Origin: Candidatus Niyogibacteria bacterium
GTDB lineage: Bacteria; Patescibacteriota; Minisyncoccia; HO2-45-28
Assembly: GCA_016181935.1 (NCBI GenBank)
Contig: JACOYI010000005.1
Coordinates: 595 to 64,594 of the forward strand
DNA: 64,000 nt
Direction: 5' to 3'
Both the position numbers and the translations under genes were made by a program. Below the pieces are notes generated by a model. It was not told where the DNA came from, did not search any database, and worked only from the letters and a program-made list of their open reading frames with translations. Shown one piece after another: positions 1 to 10,244 of the stretch. Numbering within the stretch: position 1 is the first letter of the stretch; the number at the start of each line of letters is the position of its first letter.

Positions 1-547
1 CATTGAAGCGCGCAAAGCCACGGCAGCGGCCGCCCAACTCGCAGGGCCGGTTTATTTGCGCTTCGCGCGGGAGAAAACGCCGGTTTTTACGACCGCGGAT
101 ACGCCGTTTGAAATCGGGAGAGCGGAAGTGTTTTGGAACGGTAGTCCCTCGCTACGCTCGGGACGACAATCGCTTGATGTAGCGATTGTCGCATGCGGCC
201 CGCTCGTCCATAATGCGCTCTTGGCGGCCTCCGTGCTCGAAGAAGAGGGGATCGCCGTTCGCGTTATCAACAATCACACGGTAAAACCGATGGATGAAAA
301 AACGATCCTATCTGCGGCAAAAGATGCCGGATGCATCGTGACCGCTGAGGAACATCAGGTGAACGGCGGTATGGGTTCGGCGGTTGCCGAAATTCTTGCA
401 CGTAATCATCCGGTGCCCATGGAATTCATCGGCGTTCAGAACCGGTTCGGCGAATCCGGCGAACCGCAGGAACTTATCCGGCATTTTGGCATGGCGCCCG
501 AGCACATTATAGAAGCGGTCCGGCGTGTCATAAAACGAAAGAAGTGA
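1..547 (+). CDS. Transketolase C-terminal subunit (5' end outside window)
   Basis: Frame open from position 2 (IEARKA...GPVYLRFAR); motifs TVKPMD, TAEEHQVNGGMGSAV and FGESG. Confidence 0.9.
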   Translation, partial: IEARKATAAAAQLAGPVYLRFAREKTPVFTTADTPFEIGRAEVFWNGSPSLRSGRQSLDVAIVACGPLVHNALLAASVLEEEGIAVRVINNHTVKPMDEKTILSAAKDAGCIVTAEEHQVNGGMGSAVAEILARNHPVPMEFIGVQNRFGESGEPQELIRHFGMAPEHIIEAVRRVIKRKK

Positions 548-551
548 ATTA

Positions 552-583
552 AACAATTTGTGGACGGCCGTCCACAAATTGTT
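552..583. repeat. Perfect 32-bp palindrome with core GACGGCCGTC
   Basis: AACAATTTGTGGACGG|CCGTCCACAAATTGTT, read directly. Confidence 0.9.
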
Positions 584-599
584 CAATCTTGAATAGTGC

Positions 600-628
600 T
601 TGACGTTTTTGCTTGGTTGTTGTATACT
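600..628 (+). promoter_or_regulatory. Sigma70-type promoter
   Basis: TTGACG-17 nt-TATACT upstream of the small ORF at 672. Confidence 0.6.
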
Positions 629-671
629 TTTGTCAGGTCAGGAAGCAAAAATCAGAACCCAAGGAGGCATT

Positions 672-893
672 ATGAAGCGGAGCGTGAAGAAGAGGTGCGT
701 CCACTGCGGTTTCCCCGTTTCCGGCGGCGGGGACCGGCACGCGAAGAACGCGTGCCCTCCGTCCAAAAACATTGCGCATACCCAGCGGCAGCGCCGCTTG
801 CGCAGGAACGCGAAGCGCCATGCGCTCGCACTCGAAAAGCGCGGCGCTCCGGTGGTCGGCACCGGCCGTCCCAAGGGCGGTCAGAAAGCGTAG
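672..893 (+). CDS. Small basic protein with CxxC...H...C (possible Zn-binding), unknown function
   Basis: AGGAGG SD at 662-667, ATG at 672, own promoter and terminator. Confidence 0.7.
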   Translation: MKRSVKKRCVHCGFPVSGGGDRHAKNACPPSKNIAHTQRQRRLRRNAKRHALALEKRGAPVVGTGRPKGGQKA

Positions 894-896
894 TGA

Positions 897-937
897 AAAT
901 CCCCTTGTCCCGTTTGCGGGACAAGGGTTTTTTCTTT
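897..937 (+). terminator. Intrinsic terminator
   Basis: CCCTTGTCCCG-TTTG-CGGGACAAGGG followed by a T-run. Confidence 0.8.
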
Positions 938-962
938 CAAACCGCGCGAGTATAATGAGTCC

Positions 963-1961
963 ATGCGGTTTGATGTGATCACGATCGGGTCGGCGACCCG
1001 CGATACGTTGGTGAAAAGTAAGGGATTCAAAATAATGGAATCCGGCGATTTTGCGACCGGCAAGGCATTGGCGGTCGAATTGGGGTCAAAAATCGGGGTT
1101 GACGAGGTTTTTTACGGGACGGGAGGCGCCGCCACGAATACGGCCACGACCTTCGCGCGGCAGGGATTCAAAACCGCGTTCATCGCGCGTGTAGGAGATG
1201 ACGTGCTCGGCCGCGCAGTCGCGGATGAAATGGAAAAAGAAGGCGTGGGCGTCGAGTGGCTCCTGCGCGACGCCGGAACGCCGACCGGCTATTCGGTAAT
1301 TTTAGAACATGAATCCGGCGAGCGGACCATTTTGGCATATCGCGGCGCAAATGAGAAATTGCGCCATGAGGACATTCCATGGGGCGACATTCCGTGCGCG
1401 TGGATATATTTGTCGTCGCTTTCGGGCGATCTCGGCATCGCGGAGGCGGCGCTTGAAGGCGCGGGGCGGTGTGGCGCTCGCGTGATCTGGAATCCGGGCG
1501 GGTCGGACCTCGCGCTTGGATTTAGCGCGCTCCAGCCATTTTTGAAGCGCGTGAATGTTTTTATCGTGAATCAGGAGGAGGCCTCAAAACTTTTGGATAT
1601 TCCGTATGATGATGTGAATGCGATCTTTAAAAAATTCGATGACGCGATCGACGGCATTGCGGTGATGACGCGGGGACCCGAAGGGGTGTACGCATCGGAT
1701 GGAACGACGCTTTGGAAAGCTGGTATTTTTCCTGAAAAAAAGGTTGCGGACCGCACGGGCGCAGGGGATGCATTTGGTTCCGGTTTTGTGGCGGGACTCG
1801 CGATTTCGAACGGCGATGTCGCGTATGCGTTGCGGCTTGGCTCCGCGAACGCCACATCCAAAGTCGAACATATGGGAGCAAAAGGCGGCCTGCTGACGCG
1901 ACAGGAATTCGAGGAGGATCCGCGCTGGAAGAATTTGGCGATCGAGGAAACCTCCTTATGA
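963..1961 (+). CDS. PfkB-family carbohydrate kinase
   Basis: GGAATNTA, NQEEA and DRTGAGDAFGSG motifs. Confidence 0.9.
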   Translation: MRFDVITIGSATRDTLVKSKGFKIMESGDFATGKALAVELGSKIGVDEVFYGTGGAATNTATTFARQGFKTAFIARVGDDVLGRAVADEMEKEGVGVEWLLRDAGTPTGYSVILEHESGERTILAYRGANEKLRHEDIPWGDIPCAWIYLSSLSGDLGIAEAALEGAGRCGARVIWNPGGSDLALGFSALQPFLKRVNVFIVNQEEASKLLDIPYDDVNAIFKKFDDAIDGIAVMTRGPEGVYASDGTTLWKAGIFPEKKVADRTGAGDAFGSGFVAGLAISNGDVAYALRLGSANATSKVEHMGAKGGLLTRQEFEEDPRWKNLAIEETSL

Positions 1962-3229
1962 GCGCCGATTCCGTCAAATATATTGCGCGTCTGTTGCGGA
2001 GCGATGCGGATACGGTGACGCGGCTTACGGAAAAAATGGCCGCGCGTTTCGGCAAGGACGGGGTTCTGGATGCGATCGCGGTCCAGAACCGGCTGCGCAT
2101 CGAAATGCTCTTGGAAAAACTCGGCGTCCACGACCGGAAAGCCCTCCCGATCTTCAATGCGCTCATTTCGAAAGTCGAGGAGGATGATGCCGCGCTCAAA
2201 AAAGCGTTCGGCATTTCGGGCAAGGACGGGATGGGGTACGGCGTGCTTGCCGAGCGGGCCCGCGAACTGGCGGGTCTCGGCAGCGGATTTTTTTTGAAAT
2301 GGTCCCGAGCCGAGGAATTGATCCATAAAAATCCTCCGCAGAAGATCCTGTCGTTCTTCGGCTATCGCGATACGAAAGAGCTTTTGGGGAAAGAGGATGT
2401 CCGGAAGGTTTTCGCCGCGCTCCGTTTTGTGGAAGATCGTGTATGGCTCAACACGGTCTTTTTTGCCGCCTATAAGGATCTCGAGGCGGCGGATTTCGAG
2501 AAGCGCCCGATCGAAATGCTGATACTCGAAAATAAATGGCTCCGAATGGCGGAGCATTTTGTCCAGAAAAAATATCATAACGTGAGCCATTTAAAGGAGC
2601 TCGGCGTCATTTTCGTCCTGCCTCAGGATCTGATGGTCGCCGGCGAAGCGCTGCGGCTCTTCACGCTGTTACTGCATTATCTGCACGAGATCCATTTTTA
2701 TTCCGAGCTTTTTGAGAAAAAGGCGCACGCATTTACGGATCCGTTGTGGACCGAGGGGCAGAGTTTTTCGGATTTTTTCACGGCGGCTCTTCGCGGTGAT
2801 ATCATCGACAAGCGCCCACCGGACGGCCGTGCGTTTCATTGGTTCATCATCCAGCGATATCTGGCGAAAGAGGACGAGAACGATTGGCGTCTGTTCGAGC
2901 CACATGTGAATCCGGAGGCGCTGCATTGGGATCGCGCAGAGGAGAACATCGCGCATATCGGCGAAAAGTTCCCGCGGCTTGATCTCAGTTTTTGGCATGA
3001 TCTGGGCTGGATCGGCGATTTTTACCCGACCGATACGGGTGTTGAAGTGCTCGTCAGCATGAATCTGGTGGATACGGTGATGGCGTTGGTGATGAAAAAA
3101 GAGCTGATAAAATATCTGTATCATCATCAGGAGGCGTTGTGGAACAAGATCTTCATGATGTATGCAGGCAAAGATGAGATCCGGCGGTTCGTTATCCAGA
3201 ATTTTTCCAAAGGATTCATTTCGTTATGA
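1958..3229 (+). CDS. Conserved hypothetical protein (423 aa)
   Basis: Long ORF translationally coupled (ATGA overlaps) between pfkB and fba. Confidence 0.8.
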   Translation: MSADSVKYIARLLRSDADTVTRLTEKMAARFGKDGVLDAIAVQNRLRIEMLLEKLGVHDRKALPIFNALISKVEEDDAALKKAFGISGKDGMGYGVLAERARELAGLGSGFFLKWSRAEELIHKNPPQKILSFFGYRDTKELLGKEDVRKVFAALRFVEDRVWLNTVFFAAYKDLEAADFEKRPIEMLILENKWLRMAEHFVQKKYHNVSHLKELGVIFVLPQDLMVAGEALRLFTLLLHYLHEIHFYSELFEKKAHAFTDPLWTEGQSFSDFFTAALRGDIIDKRPPDGRAFHWFIIQRYLAKEDENDWRLFEPHVNPEALHWDRAEENIAHIGEKFPRLDLSFWHDLGWIGDFYPTDTGVEVLVSMNLVDTVMALVMKKELIKYLYHHQEALWNKIFMMYAGKDEIRRFVIQNFSKGFISL

Positions 3230-4098
3230 ACGAAACACTCAATGACTGGCTGCGTCAGGCGGCAGAGGAGCGCTGGGCCGTCCCGCACTTCAACATTTCG
3301 AATTTCGTCCAATTAAAGGGAGTTCTCGCGGCGTGCATGGAGGCGCATACGCCCGTCATGATCGGCACATCCGAAGGCGAAGCGGATTTTATCGGGTTTC
3401 GCATGGCGCGCCACTGGATCGACGCCGCCGAAGAGGAGACCGGTCTCGCGGTTTTTTTGAACGCCGATCATTTTCATAGTTTTGAGAAGGTCGCGGCCGC
3501 GCTGGATGCGGGATACGATTCGGCGCTTATTGATCTGTCCAAAAAACGCGTCGAAGATAATAGCGCCGAGACGCGCCGCGTCGTGGATCATGCCCATGCG
3601 AAAGATCGTGCGATCAGCATCGAGGGGGAGTTGGGATATTTGGTGACAGAATCATCGAAGATCTACAAAGAAGCGGTCGAGATCCCGCCCGAGAGTTTGA
3701 CGGATCCCGATGCGGCGCGCGCATTCGTGGAGACGACAGGAGTGGACCGGTTCGCGCCGGCCGTCGGGAATCTTCACGGTATTGCCGCAAATATGCCGCA
3801 ATTGGATTTTGAGCGGATCGCCGCCATACGCGCGGCGGTGCCGGCGAATGTCGCATTGGTTTTGCATGGCGGGTCCGGCATTCCGGATGACCAGATGCGC
3901 CGCGCGATCGAACTGGGATTCAATAATATTCATGTTTCGACCGAAATTCGCGTGGCGTATACGGACGCATTGCGCGCGGCGCTTGCGGCTATGCCCGACG
4001 AAACGACACCGTATAAATTTTACAAACCGGTCGTTGAAGCGGTTCGCATAAAAGCCATGGAAAAACTCCAATTATTCGGGAGTATTAATCGGATATAA
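3226..4098 (+). CDS. fba: Class II fructose-bisphosphate aldolase
   Basis: NADH, EGELG, AVGNLHG and LVLHGGSG motifs. Confidence 0.9.
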   Translation: MNETLNDWLRQAAEERWAVPHFNISNFVQLKGVLAACMEAHTPVMIGTSEGEADFIGFRMARHWIDAAEEETGLAVFLNADHFHSFEKVAAALDAGYDSALIDLSKKRVEDNSAETRRVVDHAHAKDRAISIEGELGYLVTESSKIYKEAVEIPPESLTDPDAARAFVETTGVDRFAPAVGNLHGIAANMPQLDFERIAAIRAAVPANVALVLHGGSGIPDDQMRRAIELGFNNIHVSTEIRVAYTDALRAALAAMPDETTPYKFYKPVVEAVRIKAMEKLQLFGSINRI

Positions 4099-4102
4099 TT
4101 TC

Positions 4103-4259
4103 ATGAATTCAGGAAATCATTTTCTGGAATACGCTTGAATTTCCAGCGAAATTCAAGCTCCATCCTCGGCGCTTTGTTTTTTGATTCAGCAGAAAGTGTA
4201 ATCAAAAAACACCCTGCAAAGCGCCTGTGGGGCTTCCAAAAATAATTTCCTGAATTTAT
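4103..4259. repeat. Structured three-way-junction element, copy A
   Basis: Nested inverted repeats; homologous to 52940-53095 with compensatory changes. Confidence 0.85.
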
Positions 4260-4270
4260 TTTATAAAACT

Positions 4271-5248
4271 ATGCCAAAAATTTTCATCACGCGGCGGATT
4301 CCGGAAGCGGGAATTCAAAAATTACAGGCAAAAGGATATGAGGTCGTTATCAGTCCCGAAGACCGGGTGCTTCGGAAAGAGGAAGTGCTCGAAGCGCTCC
4401 AAGGCCAGAATTACGATGCGGTGCTCTGTTTGCTGACGGATAAGATCGACGGCGACATATTGGACGCGGCCGGAAAACAATGCAAGATTTTCGCGAATTT
4501 GGCGGTCGGGTTCGATAACGTCGATTTGAAGGCCGCCGAGGAGCGGAGGATCGCGATCACAAATACGCCCGGCGTACTCACGAATACCGTAGCGGAACAT
4601 ACATTTGCGCTGATGCTTGCCATTGCGCACCGCGTTTGCGAAGCGGACCGATTTACGCGCGGCGGGCATTATGAAGGATGGGCGCCGATGCTTCTTTTGG
4701 GGAACGATCTTTCGGGGAAGACCATCGGCATCGTCGGGTTGGGGCGCATCGGTTCGCGCGTCGCATATCACGCGGTCAAGGGATTCGATGCAAAAGTGAT
4801 CTATTATGATGTAGCGAGAAACGAAGAGTTCGAAAAAGAGTACGGCGCGATTTACAAAGCAAACGTAGAGGATGTGCTTCACGAAGCGGATTTTGTTTCG
4901 ATTCACGTGCCGTTGTTGGATTCCACGCGGCATTTGATGAATGCGGAGCGGTTCCGGATGATGAAGCCAACGGCGTATCTGGTCAATACCTCCCGAGGCC
5001 CGATCGTGGATGAAGCGGCGCTCGTGAAAGCGCTCAAATCAGGCGTCATCCGCGGCGCTGCGCTTGACGTGTTTGAAAATGAACCCGCGCTCGCGTCTGG
5101 GCTTGTAGAATGTGAGAATGTGATTTTAACCCCTCATATTGCGTCTGCCACCGAAGAGACGCGCTCTGCCATGGCCGAACTGGCGGCCGATAACATCATC
5201 GCGGCGCTCGAAGGCCAAGCCCCGCCAAATCTAGTGAAGAAGAAATGA
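4271..5248 (+). CDS. D-2-hydroxyacid dehydrogenase (glyoxylate reductase/GyaR-like)
   Basis: GLGRIG, NTSRG, LDVFENEP and TPHIASAT motifs. Confidence 0.9.
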   Translation: MPKIFITRRIPEAGIQKLQAKGYEVVISPEDRVLRKEEVLEALQGQNYDAVLCLLTDKIDGDILDAAGKQCKIFANLAVGFDNVDLKAAEERRIAITNTPGVLTNTVAEHTFALMLAIAHRVCEADRFTRGGHYEGWAPMLLLGNDLSGKTIGIVGLGRIGSRVAYHAVKGFDAKVIYYDVARNEEFEKEYGAIYKANVEDVLHEADFVSIHVPLLDSTRHLMNAERFRMMKPTAYLVNTSRGPIVDEAALVKALKSGVIRGAALDVFENEPALASGLVECENVILTPHIASATEETRSAMAELAADNIIAALEGQAPPNLVKKK

Positions 5249-5295
5249 GCGCCGCGAAGACAAAAAGCCGGCGGTTCGAAAACCGCCGGTGATCA

Positions 5296-5643
5296 TTACG
5301 TGCCGCCCTTTTTGGACCGCTTGAACAGCGTTCGTTCTTTCAAGAAGAGCCAGACAAGGGGTTTGTTTGCGAAAAGGATCACAAGACCGGCACCCATGGC
5401 GATCGCTGCGGTGATGAGGACCTTCTCGGGGCTTTGTTTCACGGAATAGGATACGATGCCGGGGGCGATCGCGAAAATTTTTTTGTAATCGGGAAAATGG
5501 GGCGCGACGAAGATCTCGAACATGCCGGCAAAAAGCCCGATGGCGATAAGGATCCAGCCGAAGAGCATAAGACGGATCGGCATGGATTCCCGTTCGATTT
5601 CCTCCTCGTGTTCCTCTCCGCGTTCTTCGTGATGGGACATCAC
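5296..5643 (-). CDS. Small two-TM membrane protein
   Basis: AGGAG SD upstream and two hydrophobic segments. Confidence 0.65.
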   Translation of the reverse strand: MMSHHEERGEEHEEEIERESMPIRLMLFGWILIAIGLFAGMFEIFVAPHFPDYKKIFAIAPGIVSYSVKQSPEKVLITAAIAMGAGLVILFANKPLVWLFLKERTLFKRSKKGGT

Positions 5644-5760
5644 GTCTCCTTTTTGGGATGTTGGTCTTTTTTTTACTTAATCACCGAACCTATGCCCTGT
5701 CAATTTTTTGCCCATGGCCGTCCTTGATTTTTCTTTTCCGTCATGCTTCAATAGGCGGTA

Positions 5761-6420
5761 ATGATAGCGCTTACAGCAAAACCCCGTGAATTGACCGGAA
5801 AGCGGGCGGGCGCTCTGCGGACACAGGGCTTGGTTCCGGCTGTTGTCTATGGAGCAAAAATGCCGTCCGAACCGCTCACGGTTGATATGCGCGAGTTCGA
5901 AAAAGTATGGCGGGAAGCGGGGGAGGCGGGCCTTGTGGAACTCGCGGTCGGCGATTCCAAGAAAAACGTACTCATTAAGGACGTTCAGCGCGATCCGCTC
6001 AAGGATACGCCGGTGCATGTGGATTTTTATGCGGTTCAAATGGATAAACCGATCCGCGCAATGGTAAGCGTGAGATTTTCGGGTGATGCGCCCGCCGTAA
6101 AACAAGGGGCGATCCTAATGAAGATCATTCATGAGCTCGAAGTGGAAGCGCTTCCGGCGAATTTGCCGCGCGAACTCGAGGTGGATATTTCGAAACTGGC
6201 CGCGAGCGGCGAGCGCTTTTTGATCTCCGATTTAACATTGCCGGCCGGTGTCACCGTGATCGCCGATCCCGCCGATATCATTGCGCTCACGGAAGAGCCG
6301 AAGGCCGAGGAAGAGATTGCGGCTGAAGCGGCCCCCGGCATCTCGGATATCGAGGTGGTGGGCGAGAAAGGCAAGAAAGAGGAAGCAGTCACGGAGGAGG
6401 GAGCAGTCGAAAAAGAGTAA
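5761..6420 (+). CDS. rplY: 50S ribosomal protein L25/Ctc
   Basis: VPAVVYG and HVDFY motifs, acidic tail. Confidence 0.92.
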   Translation: MIALTAKPRELTGKRAGALRTQGLVPAVVYGAKMPSEPLTVDMREFEKVWREAGEAGLVELAVGDSKKNVLIKDVQRDPLKDTPVHVDFYAVQMDKPIRAMVSVRFSGDAPAVKQGAILMKIIHELEVEALPANLPRELEVDISKLAASGERFLISDLTLPAGVTVIADPADIIALTEEPKAEEEIAAEAAPGISDIEVVGEKGKKEEAVTEEGAVEKE

Positions 6421-6439
6421 GCGTGATATACTGCCCCAT

Positions 6440-7756
6440 ATGCGTATTTTACCGATCATCGGTGTCGGTTTCGCAATGGGCTTTTTTATTTTTGCCGTTT
6501 TTGTCGCGCGGGCGCAAACCGTGGATCCGGCGCTGGTGGGCGAGCGCAAAGCCGCGCTCGAAAAAGAGCTTGCGGGATACGAAGTTCAGATCGACGCATT
6601 CCGGCAGCAGATCGACGCCAAACGATTGGAGGCCGCAAGTTTTGAGCGCGACATTGCGATCTTGAACGCCGAGATCAAGAAAGCGCAGCTTGCCATCAAG
6701 GCGCGGACCATCGCGATCGAGCAATTATCGGACACGATCGGGGAAAAATCCGATTTCGTGGACGAATTGCTCGTAAAGATCGATCGCGAAAAAAAATCGC
6801 TCGCGGAACTCCTGCGCCGCGTGGAAGAATTGGACCGCACATCATTTGCGGAAGCGTTTTTTTCGCGCGAATCCATCGCCGGATTTTTTAAGGAATTGGA
6901 TCATTATGACACGGTGCAGGCGGCGGTTCACACGTCATTTTTGGAGATCCGGAAAACCCGAGTAGCGACCGAGGAGGAGATCGATACGCTCGAAACCCGC
7001 AAATCGGAAGAGATCGAGCTTCGCGCGCTTCAAACACTCGAAAAAAAACGCGTTGAAGAAAAGGAATCCGAGAAAAAAAAGATCCTCGCGGTCACTAAAG
7101 GCGTTGAAGCCGAATATCAAAAATTGCTGAAGTCGCGCGAAAAAGATGCGGCGCTTATTCGAAGCCAGCTCTTTTTATTGCGCGGTTCGCCGGATATTCC
7201 GTTCGAAAAGGCGGTGGAGTATGCGAATGCCGCATTCAAAGCCACGGGGGTGCGCCCCGCGTTTTTACTCGGTGTGATCGCGGAAGAGTCGAATCTGGGT
7301 GCCAATGTCGGCACGGGGAACTGGAATATCGACATGGCGGATCGCCGGTGCGCATCGCAACGCACGGCATTTCAGGAGATCACCGCTGAACTGGGATTCG
7401 ATCCGAATCTGATGCCGGTTTCCAAAAAGGCGTGGTACGGCTATTGCGGGGGCGCCATGGGGCCCGCGCAATTCATGCCGACCACATGGAAGTTATACAA
7501 AAATTTGATCGCAAAGCATACCGGCCACAACCCGCCCAATCCTTGGGAGGCGCTCGATGCATTCGTGGCGTCGGCGCTTCTGTTGAAAGATAACGGCGCG
7601 GCGGAGGGGACCTATGCAGCTGAGCGCCGCGCGGCGCTCCGGTATTTGGCAGGCGCGAACTGGCAGAAGCGCTCATATGCTTTTTACGGCGACGATGTAA
7701 TGGCGCTTGCCGCCAAGTATCAGGACCAGATGAACATCATTCTGGCGGGGCAGTAG
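6440..7756 (+). CDS. Secreted coiled-coil protein with C-terminal lytic transglycosylase domain
   Basis: N-terminal signal/TM, long coiled coil, EES...[13 protein letters not shown] motif; start placed at the ATG 7 nt after TATACT. Confidence 0.85.
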   Translation: MRILPIIGVGFAMGFFIFAVFVARAQTVDPALVGERKAALEKELAGYEVQIDAFRQQIDAKRLEAASFERDIAILNAEIKKAQLAIKARTIAIEQLSDTIGEKSDFVDELLVKIDREKKSLAELLRRVEELDRTSFAEAFFSRESIAGFFKELDHYDTVQAAVHTSFLEIRKTRVATEEEIDTLETRKSEEIELRALQTLEKKRVEEKESEKKKILAVTKGVEAEYQKLLKSREKDAALIRSQLFLLRGSPDIPFEKAVEYANAAFKATGVRPAFLLGVIAEESNLGANVGTGNWNIDMADRRCASQRTAFQEITAELGFDPNLMPVSKKAWYGYCGGAMGPAQFMPTTWKLYKNLIAKHTGHNPPNPWEALDAFVASALLLKDNGAAEGTYAAERRAALRYLAGANWQKRSYAFYGDDVMALAAKYQDQMNIILAGQ

Positions 7757-8477
7757 TTTTTGAGAATGCTTTCACGATGGGGTCGAGATCGCCCGCCATG
7801 ATGCGTTCGATCGCGTGCCACGATTTTTTGATGCGGTGGTCGGTGACGCGATCCTGCGTAAAATTGTACGTGCGGATCTTTTCCGAACGGTCCTGCGTGC
7901 CGATCTGTTCCCGGCGCACGGCGGCGACGGAATCTACGGCTTTTTCCTGATGCGCCTCCATAAGTTTGGAGCGCAAGATATCAAGGGCGCGTTCGCGGTT
8001 CCGGGCTTGAGAGCGTTCGCTTTGGGAACGCACGACGAGGCCCGTGGGTTTATGTGTGATGCGCACGGCGGTTTCGACTTTATTGACGTTTTGTCCGCCC
8101 GCGCCGCCGGAGCGCGAAAAACTGACCTCAATATCCTGGGGCCGGATTTCGAGCGCTTGGGGCGGATAGATCGGGAGCACGGCCACCGATGCGGTCGACG
8201 TATGCACGCGGCCCGATTTTTCGGTATCCGGGATGCGCTGGACCCGGTGAACGCCCGCTTCTTGTTTTAATGTCGGGTACGCATCCGGATTCGCGACCTC
8301 GATCGTGATTTCCTTGTAACCGCCGAGGTCCGAGACCGACGAATCGATCGCGGTCGCTTTCCAGCCTTTGCGGCTCGCGTATTTCATATACATCGATGCG
8401 AGGTCGCGCGCAAAAAGCGACGCTTCGGCGCCGCCAGCGCCCGCGCGGATCTCAAGAAAAATGCTTTGCGGCTGCAT
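7737..8477 (-). CDS. prfA: Peptide chain release factor 1-like (PCRF + RF-1 domains), lacking N-terminal domain 1
   Basis: [11 protein letters not shown] (PxT), GGQ and EKIRTYNF motifs; directly downstream of rpmE. Confidence 0.85.
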   Translation of the reverse strand: MQPQSIFLEIRAGAGGAEASLFARDLASMYMKYASRKGWKATAIDSSVSDLGGYKEITIEVANPDAYPTLKQEAGVHRVQRIPDTEKSGRVHTSTASVAVLPIYPPQALEIRPQDIEVSFSRSGGAGGQNVNKVETAVRITHKPTGLVVRSQSERSQARNRERALDILRSKLMEAHQEKAVDSVAAVRREQIGTQDRSEKIRTYNFTQDRVTDHRIKKSWHAIERIMAGDLDPIVKAFSKTTAPPE

Positions 8478-8479
8478 TG

Positions 8480-8740
8480 TTATTTTTTGGATTTTTTGCC
8501 CTTGCCGCCTGTTCTGGCGCGCGGCTGTTTCAAAGACGCCGCCCGCGCCCGTTTCGCCTTGAATTTTTCAACGCGGCCCGCCGTATCAATGAGTTTTTCC
8601 TGCCCCGTGAAGAAAGGGTGGCAGGATGCGCAAATTTCAACCTCGATCTTTTCTTTTGTGGAGCCGACCGTATAGGTTTTGCCGCATGCGCACCGGATCG
8701 TCGCATGCGGATAGTAGACGGGATGGAGATCTTTTTTCAT
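8480..8740 (-). CDS. rpmE: 50S ribosomal protein L31
   Basis: MKKDLHP...CACG...[11 protein letters not shown]...DTAGRVEKF. Confidence 0.95.
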   Translation of the reverse strand: MKKDLHPVYYPHATIRCACGKTYTVGSTKEKIEVEICASCHPFFTGQEKLIDTAGRVEKFKAKRARAASLKQPRARTGGKGKKSKK

Positions 8741-8792
8741 GGAGCATAGCGTAGCACGGAGAGGCGGTATTGACAAATGTTTTGGGTAAACA

Positions 8793-8975
8793 CATTTGGC
8801 GGTTTTGAGCGGCTCGCCGTTTGCTTTTTCAAATCGGTCGTTCGTCCTGCCAGCGCAGGACGCCGACCTGCGCTCTCGGCGCGCCAACTCCGCCTTCAGC
8901 GGAGACCGTGCTTGTCGCGCCTGCGAGAGCTTTTCAAAACCAAACGCCTCGCCGCCTTTTCAAAACCGCCAAATG
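8793..8975. repeat. Structured three-way-junction element, copy C
   Basis: 16-bp outer inverted repeat, CAGC-loop hairpin, CTCGGCGC...ACCGTGC...GCGCCTGCG core. Confidence 0.75.
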
Positions 8976-9034
8976 CGCCCGCATATTACCGATGCGCCTT
9001 GAATTTAGGGCCGGACTCCTGTAGAATGGTCGCT

Positions 9035-9787
9035 ATGTCTGATGTATCAACCATGGAACCCGCAATTCCTTCCGAACCGTCGGCGGCGAGCGCGAGCGAG
9101 ACGGCGGATCCGGAACTCGAAGCGATGTTTTACGCCAAGGTTCATATCGGCTACTCACGGACACGGAGGCACCCGAAAATGAAGCCGTATATTTTCGGGT
9201 TGCGTAATACCGTGGAGATATTCGATTTGGAGCGCGTTCGCGATAAGATCCGCGAAGCCGAAGCGCTCGCGAAGGCATGGGGCGAGAAGCGCGCGGTTGT
9301 GCTTTGGGTCGCCACCAAACCGGCCCTTCGCACGATCATTGAAAAGGCCGCAGGAGATCTTGGTATGCCCTATGTCACGGGCCGGTGGGCCGGCGGATTG
9401 CTTACGAATTTTTCCGAGATCCGCAAACGGCTCGACTATTTCGAGGACCTGAAAGCGAAGCGGGCATCCGGCGAGCTTGCGCGGTATACCAAAAAAGAAC
9501 AACTGGTATTCGCGGATGAACTCATGCGGCTTGAGCAAAAATTCGGCGGTATTGTATCATTAAAGAAACTCCCCGACGCGGTCATCATTGTCGATCCGGA
9601 AGAAGAGATCACGGCCTCCCGAGAAGCGCGGAGTACAGGCGTCCTTTCGGTCGGGATCGCCAATGTGGACTCCAATCCGGAATTAGTAAATCATGTGATC
9701 CCGGCGAACGACAGCGCGGCATCGAGCGTGAGATATATCATCGAGCGCTTGGCCGCGGCTTACCAAGCCGGGACAGGAACGGAATAA
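9035..9787 (+). CDS. rpsB: 30S ribosomal protein S2
   Basis: HIG...HPKMKPYIF, RWAGGLLTNF and IPANDS motifs; promoter TTGAAT-17-TAGAAT at 8999-9027. Confidence 0.93.
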   Translation: MSDVSTMEPAIPSEPSAASASETADPELEAMFYAKVHIGYSRTRRHPKMKPYIFGLRNTVEIFDLERVRDKIREAEALAKAWGEKRAVVLWVATKPALRTIIEKAAGDLGMPYVTGRWAGGLLTNFSEIRKRLDYFEDLKAKRASGELARYTKKEQLVFADELMRLEQKFGGIVSLKKLPDAVIIVDPEEEITASREARSTGVLSVGIANVDSNPELVNHVIPANDSAASSVRYIIERLAAAYQAGTGTE

Positions 9788-9794
9788 ATCATCT

Positions 9795-10244
9795 ATGGCG
9801 GATTTTGATATGATTCGTGAGCTCCGGGCTCGGTGCGGCGCATCGATATCGCATTGCAAGAAGGCGCTTGAAGAAACCGGGGGCGATCGGGAAAAGGCGC
9901 TTGAAGTTTTGCGTAAAGAAGGAGCGGATATTGCCGCAAAAAAAGCATCCCGCGCGACGCATGCGGGCGTTGTTGACGCGTATGTGCATGCGGACCGGCG
10001 ATTGGCCGCTCTCGTAAAAGTAAAATGCGAAACGGATTTTGTCGCGCGCAACGACGAATTCCGCGCGTTCGCGCATGACCTTGCGATGCAGGCGGCGGCG
10101 ATGGGGGCGCGAACGTCTGAAGAATTGTTGGAACAGCCGTTCATTAAAGACCCCAAAAAAACCGTACGCGACCTTGTAAAAGAGATCATCGCAAAATTCG
10201 GCGAGAACGTGGAGGTTATTTCCGTGTCGCGCCTTGAGATTTAA
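9795..10244 (+). CDS. tsf: Elongation factor Ts (short form)
   Basis: LRARCGASISHCKKAL and CETDFVAR motifs; follows rpsB. Confidence 0.92.
   Translation: MADFDMIRELRARCGASISHCKKALEETGGDREKALEVLRKEGADIAAKKASRATHAGVVDAYVHADRRLAALVKVKCETDFVARNDEFRAFAHDLAMQAAAMGARTSEELLEQPFIKDPKKTVRDLVKEIIAKFGENVEVISVSRLEI

Noticed and set aside
8741-9034. N-terminal extensions of rpmE and rpsB given by the ORF track (likewise nfuA from 18844, iscS from 19396 and the ORF from 58632)
   Set aside because: They are read-through of GC-rich structured elements; family homology and promoter positions point to the downstream ATGs.
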